This document shows, piece after piece, positions 1-15,818 of a stretch of 64,000 bases of DNA. Numbering within the stretch: position 1 is the stretch's first letter; every line of letters starts with the position of its first letter. Position numbers and translations under genes: made by a program. This DNA is from the human T2T-CHM13v2.0 reference genome, Homo sapiens. The stretch is taken from the NCBI RefSeq assembly GCF_009914755.1, contig NC_060928.1. One strand, given 5' to 3'. The notes beneath the pieces are model-generated. The model did no database searches, was not told where the DNA came from, and worked only from the letters and a program-made list of their open reading frames with translations.

Positions 1-1311
1 GCATTATTGAGCATTTTTCTAAGCACGTTGCAGCCAGTATTACTTCCTTCTCAGAAAAGCCATACAAACAGATAGTGTTATTGCTCTGCTTTTTCCAAAA
101 ACGGAACTGGAAACACAAGTAGGTTAAGCAACTCCCCTAAAGTCACACAACTAGTAAGTTGGTTGCCCCAAACCTTGGTCATAAGTTTGCCCTTTTGAGA
201 AAGACAATATTAAAACCAAAAACACTACAAAATGTAATGGGTGAGGGCAGCTATCTTGGTAAATAATCCACCCTTAGCCATACTCTGTCAAGGGGGACTT
301 CATGGTACAAGGTCATGACAAGACCCAGAAAAATCAAGTGTCCTGTACATCATATTTGAGTAGTAATGACTAAAATTATTCTCACTGATTAACATCTCTA
401 TTGGGTCTGCTCACATTCTTGAAAGGAATCACATTACTATTTATTTTCTAACTCTACCTTATCTCTTTTTAATATTGATTTTCTTTTTATCCTGTTTTTA
501 ATGATTCTTTTGATCACTTTGCCTTCTCTTGAGATATTTATTTCCTTTTCTTCCCAACTGGTCTTTTTATTCTTTCTTACAAAGCTTTCAATCAGTGTTT
601 TCCACATAATGTTTATTTTGCCTTCCTTTGCAGTACCCACAGAGGAAAACATGTCAGGTTTTACTAGTAGAATCACAGAATGTAGAACAGAAAAGGTCCT
701 TTGAGATACTTCTGTCTAAGCCCACTATTTTCAGAGGAGGAAACTTCCAAGTGAGGCCTCTTCTTTGTTAACCTCTGTACCTGTGTTTTGTCTCTGCTCG
801 TTTTCAGAGAAGACCTCTTCCGTCATTAGCTGGGTGGCACTGAACAAGCTACCCAGGGTGCCAAGGCTTAGTTGCCTCCTCTGAAATGGTAAGAAAACTT
901 ACCATTAATGATCATCGCCATCTTCCTTGCCTGCTTCCCTTTCCCATTCTCCCATCCTGCTTCTCCCAGGGCTATGGTGAAAGGCAGATTGAGATATCTC
1001 ACTGGAAATGTACTGATCAGAATTAAAACACATATACAAATATTTGTTTTCTTCCTTTTCCTTCATTAACAGTTTCTTTTGCCACTCTAATGACAATATA
1101 GGTTTCTGTTACTCTAGTTATCAGCCTACCAAACTTTTTAACTTTTTATATATTTTTAAAAGATTTCCAATTACTGCTTTCCTTTTCTAAGCTTTTTCAA
1201 TGTATGTGTGTGTTGCTTATTTTTTTTTAAATTTGCAGTTTCCCAAAGTTGCAGAATGGTTAGGTCATTGGATAGCTGACTCTTGGCTTGATGAATCAAC
1301 TCATTTCCTAG

Positions 1312-1692
<381 letters not shown>

Positions 1693-1721
1693 AGATTTTT
1701 TTAAAAGTACAGAAATTCTTG

Positions 1722-2092
<371 letters not shown>

Positions 2093-2257
2093 TTAGGCTT
2101 CAGACAAATTCGAAGTAAATCATTAGTAGATGACTATGGCAGGGGACAGGGCGGGGAGGGGGTGCAGAGAGGGAGAAATGTTCAAGCTATATGCTGTCGT
2201 TTATCAAAGAAAGTGCTGGTTTGACTGTAAGTCAAGGAAGTTAAAAACCTGACAGAT

Positions 2258-2580
2258 GCTAGTTGCGGTGAATCATGCCTATAGTCCCAGCACTTTGGGG
2301 AGTCAAGGTGGGAGAATCACTTGAGGCCAGGAGTTTAAGACCAGCCTGGGCAACATAACAAGAGCTTGTCGCTACAAAAAATTACAAGTTAGCCGGGCAT
2401 GGTGGTGTTTGCATGTAGTCTCAGCTAACTCAGGAGGCTGAGGTAAGAGGATCACCTGAGCCCATGAGTTTGAGGCTGTAGCAAGCTATGATGGCATCAC
2501 TGCATTCCAGCCTGGGTGACAGAGCAAGCCCCTGTCTCTAAACCAAACCAAACCAAACCAAAACAAAACAAAACAAAAAC
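2258..2580 (+). mobile_element. AluJ with (AAACC)n(AAAAC)n tail
   Basis: Diverged dimer with J-type TTGAGGCCAGGAGTT; flanking direct repeat cctgacaga. Confidence 0.88.
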
Positions 2581-4607
2581 CCTGACAGAACCTCAGTGAA
2601 TGCAGAATAAGCAAGAAAAGAAGGATTTCAAAATTACAGATCCTTATGAAAGTCCAGTCTACTCCGTGCCATAAATCTTAATTTCAGTTCAACTAGGTGT
2701 CACACTTCTGCCACCCATGCCTCCTTTAGCAGTCCCAGTAGTGGCTGCTCTATGTTCTATTTTTCAAGAAAATTTTTAGTCATTAACAGGATATCTGCAT
2801 CCTACCTCATCCAATAGGAGGAGTGGTTCTGATGATCACTTTTGCCACAAGGACAAGCAAACAAACTGCCATTGAAAGGCAAATGTCTTTTCTAAGGTGA
2901 TATAACAAGCCATTTACAAAAAGAACTTTAAAATAGCTCCTGCTTTCAGACTTACCCAATTAAGTCACATTTTCTCTGTGACTTAATGGCTCCAGGCTTT
3001 ACTCTTACTTCATAAATCACAATCTCTAGCTTGGGAAAATGCTTCAAATTACATCAATCAATAAGTTTTTATTGACTGTTTACAATCAGCCTAGTGCTAC
3101 ACCAAGTGCTGTGAGAGCCAAGTGCCTAATGTGAGAGCCTGCACCATCCACTGCTCTGACGCTTTTTCAAGCCTTATAAACAGCATAGGCTCTTTCCCTT
3201 GTGGTCACTCATTGCTATTGCCTGGTGTTCATGGGCTTTGCAATCTGGCTCAAGCCTACCTTTCCAGTTACTATTACTATTTCTAATCTTCCTCTACTCC
3301 TTTTGTCTCACCATATCTTGATTTTTGTATGTGTCCACATTTGCATTATTGCTTCTTCTCCCACCAAGAACTCCCTCTTGGCATCTCTAACTGCTGAACA
3401 ATTAGCCATTCTGTATGGCTCAGGTCAAGCCCCATCATTTCCATGAATCCTTGCTCTATACTCTCTTGGGAAGTGCTTCCTTCTTCTTTGAACTGAATAC
3501 AGGTTGGCTTACTGTACCACCCAGAGGACACTTGGGTTATCAGTGCAAGATTGAAATCACCTCTTATTTGTGGCATTCCCATGGTAACTTTCTCTAACCA
3601 AAAGTTCAAGTAATATTTGTAACGTATAATAAAGGTGGAAAAATTTGCATTTGAGGTAAGCTTTTAAGAACAGGAAGGAGGAACCAGGACATGGAGACTA
3701 ATTTGGATATGGGGACTGCCTAAGCAAGGGACAGAAATGAGAAAGCATGAGGTCTTTCCAGGGAGCAGCAAAGATTTTACATCAACCTAAAGCTTAGACA
3801 GCATGAATACTAGTAGTGGTTCATGAGACTGGAAAATAGACTAGAGTACCTTGTCCCCCAAAATAAACTTCATTCTATAGGCACTGGATAACCATTGAAG
3901 ATATCTGAACCAGAGAGCCATGATCAGAATTCTAGTCATTGGAAGCACTATGAAATGCATAACAAAAGTTGGGTGTAGAAATGGAATTATCAGTAAGATA
4001 TCCATTGAAATAGCCTAGAGAGAAAGAGGCAACAAGAGCCTGAATTAAGGAAGTGGCTTTTGGAGCAGAAAAAATATTACAGAAGTAGGATCGGGAAATT
4101 GAAAAAAAAATGATGTGAAGGATTCCAGCTTGAGTAACTTTGAGGATGGTGGTTCACTAAAAATAAGGAAAGAAATAAGAGAAAGAGGCAGTTTTTGGGA
4201 AAAACATGACTCCATTTTGAATATCTTGAGTCTAAGGTCTTGTTAAGACAGTCAAGTAAAGATATCTAAATGGTAAATGAAACATAGGGTTCAAACTCAG
4301 TTAAAAACATTGCAATGGATGGTTTGCACCTGAAAATCATCAGTATGAAGCTAACAGCTCAAGCCAGTAGAATGGAAGGGCCTGCCTAAGCACTCAATGT
4401 GGATAGACAAGATAAGGCCAAGGAAAGACCCTTTGTAACGTCTACAATTTGAAGGTGGCAGAAGGGAGGCAGAATGGTCAGGGAGACAGGAGAAAAACAT
4501 ATGTAAAAGGAGAAAAAAATATAAACGTGTATAGTGGCATAGTAGCCAAGTAGACAGCATGATTCCTAATTTAGAAAACTAATAACAAGAGATACCAAAT
4601 CACTTAC

Positions 4608-4659
4608 CTTGTTGAAAAGATGAAAGTTAAAAGCATAAAACTCAGCTGGATAGAAAATA
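4608..4659 (-). CDS. SLC10A7: SLC10A7 coding exon 9 (52 nt, (I)FSIQLSFMLLTFIFST(R))
   Basis: Acceptor tttttttcttcag, donor AG|GTAAGT, phase 1/2, continuing the exon 8 frame. The length fits c.722-773. Confidence 0.97.
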
Positions 4660-5552
4660 CTGAAGAAAAAAAGATTGAATCTAAATTAGCACTCTAAAAG
4701 CAGTATTTGTAGCATACTTATTGGTATACTTGTTTTATCTAAAATTTATAGGAACTAAAAAAGAAAAACAAACAAATAAACCAAACAAGCATGCCTTGCT
4801 AAATTGAAAGAATCATTTAAATTAGTGGGACTCAGTCTGTTCTTATTGATGATATCCCCAGAAACAGTCTTTGTTATTGAGGGAAAACCTAAGGCCTCTT
4901 TAAGATTTGGTTATTTAATTTGGTCAATTTAGAAAGAGCTGGTTTATACTATGAATATTTCTACAAATATCACAAATGCAGTAGCATACAATATACTTTA
5001 GAATAACAAAAGATTCTTTGATATTACAACATTAGTAACAGTTGTCTTTGGGATAACAGGATAAATAGAACAAAAGGTTGTTTTTTGAGCTTTAGCAGTT
5101 TCCTGCATTTTATAGTCTGCTGCTTCTCAAAATGAAATGACATTATTTTGGGTAAATTTTATTAGAAAATATGATGTAAATATTCATATTTTAACCAACG
5201 CAGCCAAGTTATTATACTTAGAAATAATAGTATCATATATTATACATCCTGTTTTTAAATCACAATAAGGGGTAAGATCAGTTTAAAGCTATAATAAACT
5301 AAATTGGTGACACAGTGCTTAATCTAACATTTGCATCTGACAGGAATTAAGGCTTCTCTCACCTGACATCAACTACTATAAATCAGAAAATGGGGCAGCA
5401 GACGCAAAAACAAAGGAAATTACGATATAAGTGTAAAGCCGATGTATTTTAAAAGAACAGAATAAAGTCACTGAGTAAATGTAAAATAAAATTAAGCATT
5501 CATTTCTAGTCAAATTAACACTAGACATGAATTTAGAGAACACACAGTGCTA

Positions 5553-5834
<282 letters not shown>

Positions 5835-7729
5835 TCACAAAGTGATTCTGACAGGAGAAAGACATAAAGGAAAGAGAATAATTTGGCTGATGGCCACAGT
5901 GGATTTCAAAGCTTCCCTGCCACACTACTCTTCTTCTGGGGAATTTAACATTTGTAGTGCAACTTCCACTGGGTGTCCATAATGAGAGTATATTTTCAAC
6001 TGCATTCAAATCCATCCTTAATCATGCCAAATGCTCTTTGCTAGCTGTCACTGAGACATGCCCATTAAACCTCCCCAAAGTTTATCTCCTCTGCTGATCC
6101 TAATGGATGTGTGTAATTATCACAGTCCCCTTTGCCTCAACAGACAATTCCAAGTGCAACTTTGGGAATCTTAAAAATCTGACATCTTCAAGAATTTCAA
6201 GACAGTAGATAATCGAAAGTGATCCATGGAACATATTAATATTTAAAACGCTAGCAATGCACCAGAAGTTTTTAATTAAATTATAACTCATGCTTGAAAA
6301 GCAAAAGTGCATGTGTTGTGGGAGTTTAAATAATTCAAACTCTGAATATCTAGAGTTTTTGTGAATCCAAAGACAAATGCCATTTGCATACTTTTAGAAT
6401 TCCAGAATTAACATTTAAAAATGAATAAACCTGTCCTAACTCTCCTACAAAAGGATCAGTGAAATATAAAGTTATAGAGCAATTCTGTCTTATTTTAAAA
6501 TCAGGTCATCTGAATATTAGTGATAACTTCTGTTTGGACATAAAAGTGAACCACTCTACTTAAAACATTGTTTCACTTTTGAAAGAAGCTGTACAAGTCC
6601 CATCATAAGGACGATAGCTGAGACATATTAAGTTTTGAGTCACTCATTATCCTGCATAATTGAACATGAGAATTCACAACAGGCTGAATTACCATGGATC
6701 CATTAGCAATAATGAGGTCAGGGAACTTATCCTGATAAGTCTGATGGGGTTCTGTCATCAGGTACTCTGTCACTAAAAAGGCTTAATTCGCAATGGAGCA
6801 TATCTTTACAGATGCTCAAGAATAAAATAAACTACTCTCAATAGAATCTTTGAACAACTGGCTGTTGGATCAACTTCAACTGTTCTCAGGGACTCATGAA
6901 GTGAACTGACAGTGTATTAAAGGCAGTCTTGGCAGAAAGCTGGCCAGCTGGTACCAGGTACAGGTACAAAATCCTGAAGGTTAGGTGGGGTGGGAATAAA
7001 TGGAAAGTGTGTTAGATATTTTAAAAAATTGTAATTAATTTTCTTTAAAAAAGTAGATCTTGTAATTAAAGCCGCACCTGGATTTACAAAATATTATGGG
7101 GTTTATTTTGGGAAGGTGGGGGGAGTGTAGAAGTGATCCCAAACCATAGTAATTTATCTAGCATCCATTTCTTTCTTTAAATTTAAAACACAGTGATGTA
7201 CAGAAAAATAAAAGCAGTTCTGTCACACAGCATTATGTACTGACATATTAGAACACAAATTTTGGACAACAGTGCTATAGGTATCATGGGTATCTAGATG
7301 TCTCCATGATCAGATATGTCACTAGGGTTGGTGGGTAGCTGGTCATTGGAAGGCTACAGAGGGACTTCATTTAAAGGGTCATTTCATAATCTATTGTGTT
7401 TGGTGGTACAAAACTGGTAGCTGCCCAAATTTAATATAATTCAACTCCTTTAGGAAATAAAATAAATGGAAATTACATGAAATTATTGAAATTGTTGCTG
7501 CCCTTCAATCTTGTTTTTAATACACAATGGTTAAAAACACCACAAAATTTCTCTCTCTGCAATAGGTTATAGAATGTATGATCCCAATTCCAAAAATAAG
7601 TGTCTTCCTCTCCTACCAGCATTGCCCTCCAACAAAATAAATAAATATGAATGAGGTGCAACTTGTAAGTGAAAACCATTTTAAAACCCAAGACAAATCT
7701 GTAATAATTAATCAACTGTATAAGCAATA

Positions 7730-8054
7730 CAGATGTCCCTTGGTATCCACAGAGGATTGATTCTAGGACCTCTGTGAATACCAAATCCACTGATGCTCAA
7801 ACCCCTGATAAAAATGTGTAGTGTTTGCATATAACCTACACACAGCCTCCTGTGCACTTTAAATCATCTATAGATTACTTATAATACCTAATACAACTAT
7901 TCACACATGTATTATACTGTAGTAGGTTGTTACACTGTACTTTTAAAATTTTGTATTATTTTTATTGCATTGTTATTTATTTTTTCCCAATATTTTTAAT
8001 CTGCAGGTGGTTGAATCTACAGATGCAGAACCCACAAATACAAAGGGCCAACTG
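7730..8054. mobile_element. MER2-like (TcMar-Tigger) MITE
   Basis: TA|CAG...CTG|TA ends; internal tttgcatataacctacacaca...ctttaaatcatct...attacttataatacctaatacaa. Confidence 0.8.
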
Positions 8055-11000
8055 TAATTTGATTGAGTTAACCTAATAATCTCTTTCTTCATTTCAAAGT
8101 ACTTAGAGTCTCATAGTAGAATAGGACTCCCTCAGTATGGCAAGAAACAGGGTCTCCCAGGTCCACAATCCTTCTAGCCAAAATGTCTTTCTTCTAAACA
8201 CTCCAATAAATTGATGGTGGATACCTAATCTCAATAAAGAAAAGAACTGGAAAGTTGGAAATGGACAGATGTACAAGTAAAACAGTACCCCTAGGGGAAA
8301 GCAGATTGTCTTTCACCATTTCTAGTCTTATTGTGATATTTGTCTACATTTTCTAAGTAAACCCTTTTATATCTTGCCAGGTTGCATAGAGCTTTTCCAT
8401 CTTCCTCTAAAATTAAATTCACAAAGCAGCTGCTTTTGCACTATGTAGCTAGAAAGGCGTTAAAATGTTTCATAAACAAAAACTGGGTGAAGTAGTGTTG
8501 ACATGCCTCAAAGATATGCTTTGGATATAAACTCCAGGAAACTTTATCTTCTCTTAGTTTAGCCACTTACACTTTTGATATAATCATTCTGTATTTGTCA
8601 AGAATTCATGTCATTTTAAAATTCTCCAAACTTCTTTGCCTTATAGAAATCTTTAATAACCTTATATGAAACAACACTTTGCTCGAGCTAGATCAACACA
8701 ACCTGATATAGACGCCTCAGAATTCTCTCTTGGGAAAAAAGAAAATCCAAGATGAGGTGGGAAAAGACATTCTGGTGAGGTGGCCAGTTCTATCTTCCTT
8801 CAGAATCTATACTAATTAATTTGCCCTCAGACCTCAGAGAAATGTAGGCGTTCAAAATTAAGTGACAAATCCTCATTAACCTGTTTACTTTTCCCTGTGA
8901 AGAGAGAAGGAAAAAATCTTCCATAGAAGCTTTTTTATTTTGTTGTCTCACCTTCAAAACTTTGATTTTCTTTATTCTAAATTAAATAGCAGGAAAGGGT
9001 AAAGGAAAACTTAAATTTGACTCTCTGTGCTTCTAATAAATGGAGCCACATATCAATTCCTGCATGACTTCCAAGTTGGAAACCTGTAAAAATGACATGT
9101 CTTAGGTGTAGAATGTTGATTCACTGAGATAGATATAAAGTATAACACCCATCATCTTAGTTTTCTTAATATTTTTAAAGTATTTCCTTGCTTTTTATTT
9201 CTATTATGTCTTTACCCTATTCATAAATTGATTTTTGAATAAGGATATATGATAGATAATGTTTCACGTTGTCTGAATTTTAAGACTTTTCTCTTCAAGG
9301 TGGTTTCAGTTTGTTTCTTCAATTTTTATCCTCTATTGCACTAAATCCATATAGTTTCATAAAGTTTTGTTTCTTCATTAATATCCTGTTTTAATATATA
9401 GTCAGAGATATGAAATCAAATCCAATTTCTGTAACACTTTATTTTTATTAAATATTGAGTAGATTCAAAATAAAACACTTGGCAAAAAAACATAAACAAT
9501 AATAATAAATGGGCACAATGAACACTTATTATCTACTTCACTCTTTGAAAATTCTTCCCCTCTATTAATTCATTCCATTCTCATGAGAAAGGTCACACAT
9601 TATTATTCTGCTGAGTTTACAGTTGGAAACAGAGGCACAGAGAGTCAAGTCAACTTGCATAAAATGTTGAAAAGCTAGGGAGGTGGCTGAGTAGGACTAC
9701 GACCCCTATTTCCTGAGGGAACCATGGCACAGGGGCTCAGGGTACAGACTCTGGAGCTACACTGCACCTAACTTTGAGTCCTGGCCCCAATCCTTACTTT
9801 GTGATGTTGGGCAAATTCCTTACTTTCCATGTGCCTCATCTGTGATATAACAGTAGTTGTCTTGAGGATTAAGTAATTAAATAAATATAAAATGCTTTAG
9901 AGACCGGGCCTGTCCCTGGTACATGATCACTATTCTTATGTCCAAGTCTCAGTTTGATGATGTTTCTATCACTGTTTATCAGTACACCTCACTGTTACTT
10001 TTCTCTCAAAGCATTTTCAGGTGAAGCAATGAAAATTGTTCATATCTAATATAATGCTATAAGTGTAAAACTCTACTAGTATTAATAACACTAACTTCAA
10101 CTTTAATGGAAGACTAATATGAAAGGCCCATCTCAAACTGAAACAAATCACTAATGGAAAGACCAGAGAATGCATGAATGATAATGTATAGATATGCTTT
10201 TTTATTATTAATTTATAGGGTAAAAAGTAGGTTTTAGTGTGCTGCTTTAAAAATATTCAAGGTGATGGAAAATAAAAAGTGGTAGAATTTCTGTTTCATT
10301 GTTTATTTGTATACCACTCTTAAATATAATGCACAAAATAAGTATTTGTCACAAGCACTTAGATGTATTGAAAAGGTTTGTTGGAAAAGAAGAGAAAATG
10401 CTATGACAGCCGGCACAAATTTTCTTTCTTTCTAGATTGACAGAAGGAACAATCTCCTAACCATCTATGGAAAGACTAATCTTATCTCACAGAGTCGTAA
10501 CACCTTCAGGGTAGAAGATACAACACACTTTGTTCTACAAATGAGGAAAGTGAGGCCTAGGAGCTGTGTGTGCAGCCAAGCAGTGAGGAAGACCAAACTA
10601 CACCTCCCATCAAATCAGAGTCAGTCAATAATGATTTAAACCAAAAAGAAGTATTGTCTGGGGAAACAGAAAAATAAAATTCACTCTCAGAAATATAAAT
10701 CACAAGTTGAATGACAAACTTTTATCACCAATAAAAGATTAAGAAAAATATATTCAGCTCATACTTCCTGGTCTTTTTCTTCTCCCTCTAGTTCCCATTT
10801 TCTGTTTAACCAGTAATGATAAAACCTCATGTTAAAAGATGCATATAACAATCCATACAAGCGTTTATTTTCATAATTTGGCACTCCTGGTTACAGTTGT
10901 GAAAGTAGCCTGCCATGCAGGACACCTGATTCCTCTGAACTAGCACATATGTGTACGGCTAACAGGGTCCTCAAAGATTACATTACACAGTTGAGGTGAC

Positions 11001-14000
11001 TCAGTGGATTAAACTAGGTAGACAAAGTCCCTGCTCTCATGATGTTTACATTCTAGTTTAAGAGAGAAATAAAAAGCAAAACAACAAATAAACAAGAGGC
11101 AAAATAATGATACATACTAAGCTGAAGTTTAAACTAAATGATATGATAGTGACTGAGTTGCTACTGGGTAGCCACTCAAGGAGAGGGTGGGGAAAGGTCT
11201 TTCTGAGGATGTGAAAGGCGGCAAGGTGTTTCATGCAGAAGGAACGGCCAGTGCAAAGGTTCTAAGGCAGGAACAAGACTGGCATGTTTGAGAAACAGAA
11301 GCAAAGTCAGTGAGACGTGAGTGCAATGGGCAAGTGGGAGAGTGTTGGGGAGGTAAAAGGGACTTGAAGATAGAGGATAAGGTAACAATCCCTTTGAAGA
11401 GTAGAAAAAGAAACACTATAAGGAAGTAGGGTAGGGTTTCTGGGAGGTGTTAGATGACACCTTAAATGTGGGGTCATAAATTCAACACAAGATGAGACCA
11501 ATGTGTATTGCTCTCTGAGAAGCAAAGCTCAGCTGCTCCAGTAGAAGCGGGGTTGGGCCTTTGTGAAGCAGGTAAAATGGAGAGGTGAAGAAGCTGAGAG
11601 CTCTGCCAGGGAGTGAGGTGAATGACAGGCCATGGAATCTGAGCAGCTCCATTGCACGCATGGAGTAGGCAGAGTTGGCTTTAACCAGGGTTGGGGCTTT
11701 TTGAGCAAGTACATCAAAGGGAGAAAGAGTGAAGGAGTTGAGAATAATTGCCAAGGAGGGATTATAATGGTAGACTAAGGAATCAAAGCTGGGTAAGAAG
11801 GGAAGTAAAGTCGTGAGGATGGTGACTGAAAGGTCAGTTAATCTGGGGTCTTGGTGAGACTGAAGAATTACTGAATAGAGTATGTGAGCTTAGTAGGTGA
11901 GGACAGGTATGGTGGCTATGAAGTGGGCTGCCTGAGATTGATCATCAAGGTCCAACAGGCCTGCTATAGCCCCATAGCACTTTTGTGTGTATTAGAAAAA
12001 TCCCTTCTTTAATATACTTTGTTTCCTCCTGCCAGAACAATTTTAATAATAAATATTCAAACCTATGATGCCTATAAAGTGAGTGCACTTCTTTGAAATG
12101 CAGCATTGTTGTGTACCACACACTCTATACCACTGCAGGCAGAGACGACCTTGTGAGGTGGTGATTATAGGAGGAGGTGGCTGAGGTGGCACTGCCTGCC
12201 CTGGGCACCCCTGCCTGTGGAATGCTCCCCCTTCTCCAAGGTACTGGAGGACCTGAGGATCATGCAGCAGCACTTATATAATAACATCTACTCAGATGTG
12301 TGGCTCTATCATTTATGTTAATGTACCTGTGGGCCAGTTACAGCACAGTTCATCCAAAGACTAAAGTCAAAGGAGGTGTTAGAAATATGGCTTTTCTTTA
12401 ACATAAAATTTTGAAATATTTATTTTTTCTTGAACTGGTATCCTTAAAAAAGATATACTTTTTTTTCAGATATGTTTTTCAGGTGATGACTAGGAAAGAA
12501 GTAAGTCATTGTTATTGAGTACCTACTATATACAGACCTAAAAATATTATCCTGAACAAATGGCAACCTAGGGAAAATTACTGCTGGGCGCTCCCTGAAG
12601 ATAAATTCAAAATTCTCTTCAGTCAATCTTTTTATACATCTTACACCCTACTCTTGAATATGTTATTAAGTATACCTATAAATAGTAACCTATGGAGACC
12701 ACCACTTAGGATGAAATAACAGATTAAGTACATGCATATGTACTGAGAGTTACTATAAGCAAGGAGGTAGGAAAATTAAGAAGATATAGTCTCTGCTTTT
12801 AGGCAGCTCATCAATAAATTATATTATTTCCTGATAAATTTATGAATCAAGTACGATGGGAGACGTGGAATTTAATCGAGGCCAGTCTAGGTCACAGCAG
12901 GCAGGCGTCACATTAGAGGGCACCTCTGTAACAAGTCTTCAACAATGAGTAGGAGTTTGCTGGCAATACAGTCAAAGGCATAGAGCAGTGAAGGGCCATG
13001 GTCAGGTGAAGGATGATGAGTATGCAGCATGGGAAAAGCAGAGCCCTAAGGAGAGGAGTGGTGGGAGGTGGCACTGGAGAAGCAGGTTGGGCCAGACTGT
13101 GAAGGGCTTTGGGGCCATGCAAGGAATTGGCAACAGGAAGGCACGAGCAAGTTTTTAAGGAGAGGAATAATATGAATTGATTTGTGTTTTAGGACTACTC
13201 TGGAGGCAGTAAAGACATTAGATGGGAATTGGAAGAGACTCACAGCAGAGAGACAGGTTTAGGAGGTGCAGTAATTTAGACAAGAGATGATGAAGGTGTG
13301 TCATCCTCTCCAGCAGTGTGACTGGGGCTGCAAGGGCCAGGTGTGAAAGATTTCTGAGGCAGAAACGGTAGGATGAAGTGACTGCCTGGATGTAAAGGAG
13401 TATGGCTGTAAGGAGAGGGAGGAGGTAAGGCTAATTGGTGGTTTCTAGATGTGGAGACAGGGTGGTGACTGTTAATTCCTAAGACCAGAATACAAGAGGA
13501 GGGGCAGGTAGATGCAAGCATATAGGTTTCTCCTCGAAAAGAGTCATCAAAGAACTGTGGTATCTAGAACACTTAAGAAAAAAAAAGCTACCTATACTAC
13601 CTTTTGACTACCATTATTACTTTATAATTTACTGAATACTTTACTATTTACTACTGAGTACATGAAGAATGAGCCATCTAACAATTCATTATTCCCTCGG
13701 GATAAATGTTTTTAAATTACATACATTATATAACCCTAGACATACATAATTAAGTAAGCTACATGCAGATTTTTTGTCTGTATGTTTTAAGCCAAGCATT
13801 TATTATTAATAAGGAAATTTCCAAGATCTACTATGAGAAGAATGCATAAGCCTTAAATTATTAGATGGAATTATTTTCAGAACAAAGAAAATAAGTATGA
13901 ATTTAAACTAATATAATCCACAGTTTAAACTGTGTGGAGATGAGAAGTACAGGTAGATTCAGTTATGCCTCTATACAACAAAGCATATCCCTTACAGATC

Positions 14001-14579
14001 ACAGAACTCTGGCTCATTCATTCTTTCACTCACTCTTTCAGCACATATTTATTGGGTACCTATGGTCTGGGAATGTAATGATAAACAAAACGAATATGGT
14101 TCCAGTACTCAAGAAGCTGACAGTCGAATGGCAGAGATAAATTGTTAACAAGCAAACTAAACATAAGTATATTTTGTGAGAAAGGTCAAGAAAGAAATCA
14201 AACAAGGTGTTGCAATGAAGAATAACCAGGGAAATATATATCAGCTATATGGTTCAAAGAAGGCTTCATTAAAGAGTCAAATGAGAAACAAGTTGAGGTG
14301 GGAGGGTAGGCAGAAAGACACTCTAAACAGAAAGAATGAGCAGGAACTGAGAAAACCAGAGAGGCTGGAAGTAGGAAATCTGGCAGAGGTCAGAGAGGTA
14401 GGCAGGGATGTAACATTTATTCAGAATCTCTGTTATGTGATCAACACTGTGGGAGAAGTATTTTTTAAGTATCATTTTATATTTAATTAAATGCTATTCT
14501 TAAAGTGCTTTTAAATCCCCCATTTTATGCTAAATTTAGTCCCTTTTCTAAGTATAAAATTAAAAAAAATTAGTACATG

Positions 14580-15010
14580 TGTTGTGGATGCTGTGGAGCA
14601 CCACCCAGATCCCTCTCTTCAAGAATGAGATACTTATACCCACAGCTGCAGGGAGTGTTAGGTGAGTAAAATATGTCAGCAGAGTTCCTCTTCGGGACTT
14701 GCCCTCAGCCTAAGAGAGCAGACTCACCCAAGGTCACAGCCCTCATGGAGGGTAGGAGGGAAGCCAGTATCTAATGACTGGTCAGTGTAAGAGTATAAAG
14801 ACCAGGTGCTCTTGCCTTAAGGCAGGACAACTCTGAGGGGTCATTCCGGCTCCAGAGTTCCCCATGGGTTCTACTGAGACCTTTGCTGGGACTGCATCAT
14901 CTCCATCCTACTTTATTCACTCTATTGTTCCCAAGGGTACTCCCTAGTAAACTTCCTGCATAAAAACCTCTGTCTTTGAGTCTGTTGCCCAGAGAACCTG
15001 ACCTAGGACA
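14580..15010 (+). mobile_element. ERVL solo LTR (LTR16-like)
   Basis: TG...CA ends; 3' end agtaaacttcctgca...gagtctg...cccagagaacctgacctaggaca. Confidence 0.65.
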
Positions 15011-15043
15011 GCATGTAAATATTACACGTCTATGCACACATTT

Positions 15044-15539
<496 letters not shown>

Positions 15540-15818
15540 TAGATATTGTCATAATATTTAATAAATTATGAACCTAGAGCTAGGGAGATTAAATAACTTG
15601 CCCATAGTAACACTGCAAATAAAAGGCAGAAATAAGTCTAGAATCTAGTTGCTCTTAATGTACTGCTTTCCTAAGACTTGTTCACTTTAGTTGTGCATTA
15701 AATTCTATACTCCAATACTGTGGCATCCTATGATTTCATAGAAAACAAAAAAATCCACTTGTTTTACAATTTGTATGCTTATATGCTTACTACTAACTTG
15801 TTATAAGAAGTTAAAATA

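Noticed and set aside
437-676. Lys/Arg-rich 79-aa ORF
   Set aside because: Low-complexity consequence of a T-rich plus strand; no recognisable domain or splice context.
885-906. Hairpin AATGGTAAG-AAAA-CTTACCATT whose arms are strong 5' splice sites on opposite strands
   Set aside because: The stem is only 9 bp, at the edge of a MIR, and I found no convincing upstream acceptor on the gene strand to define a cryptic exon.
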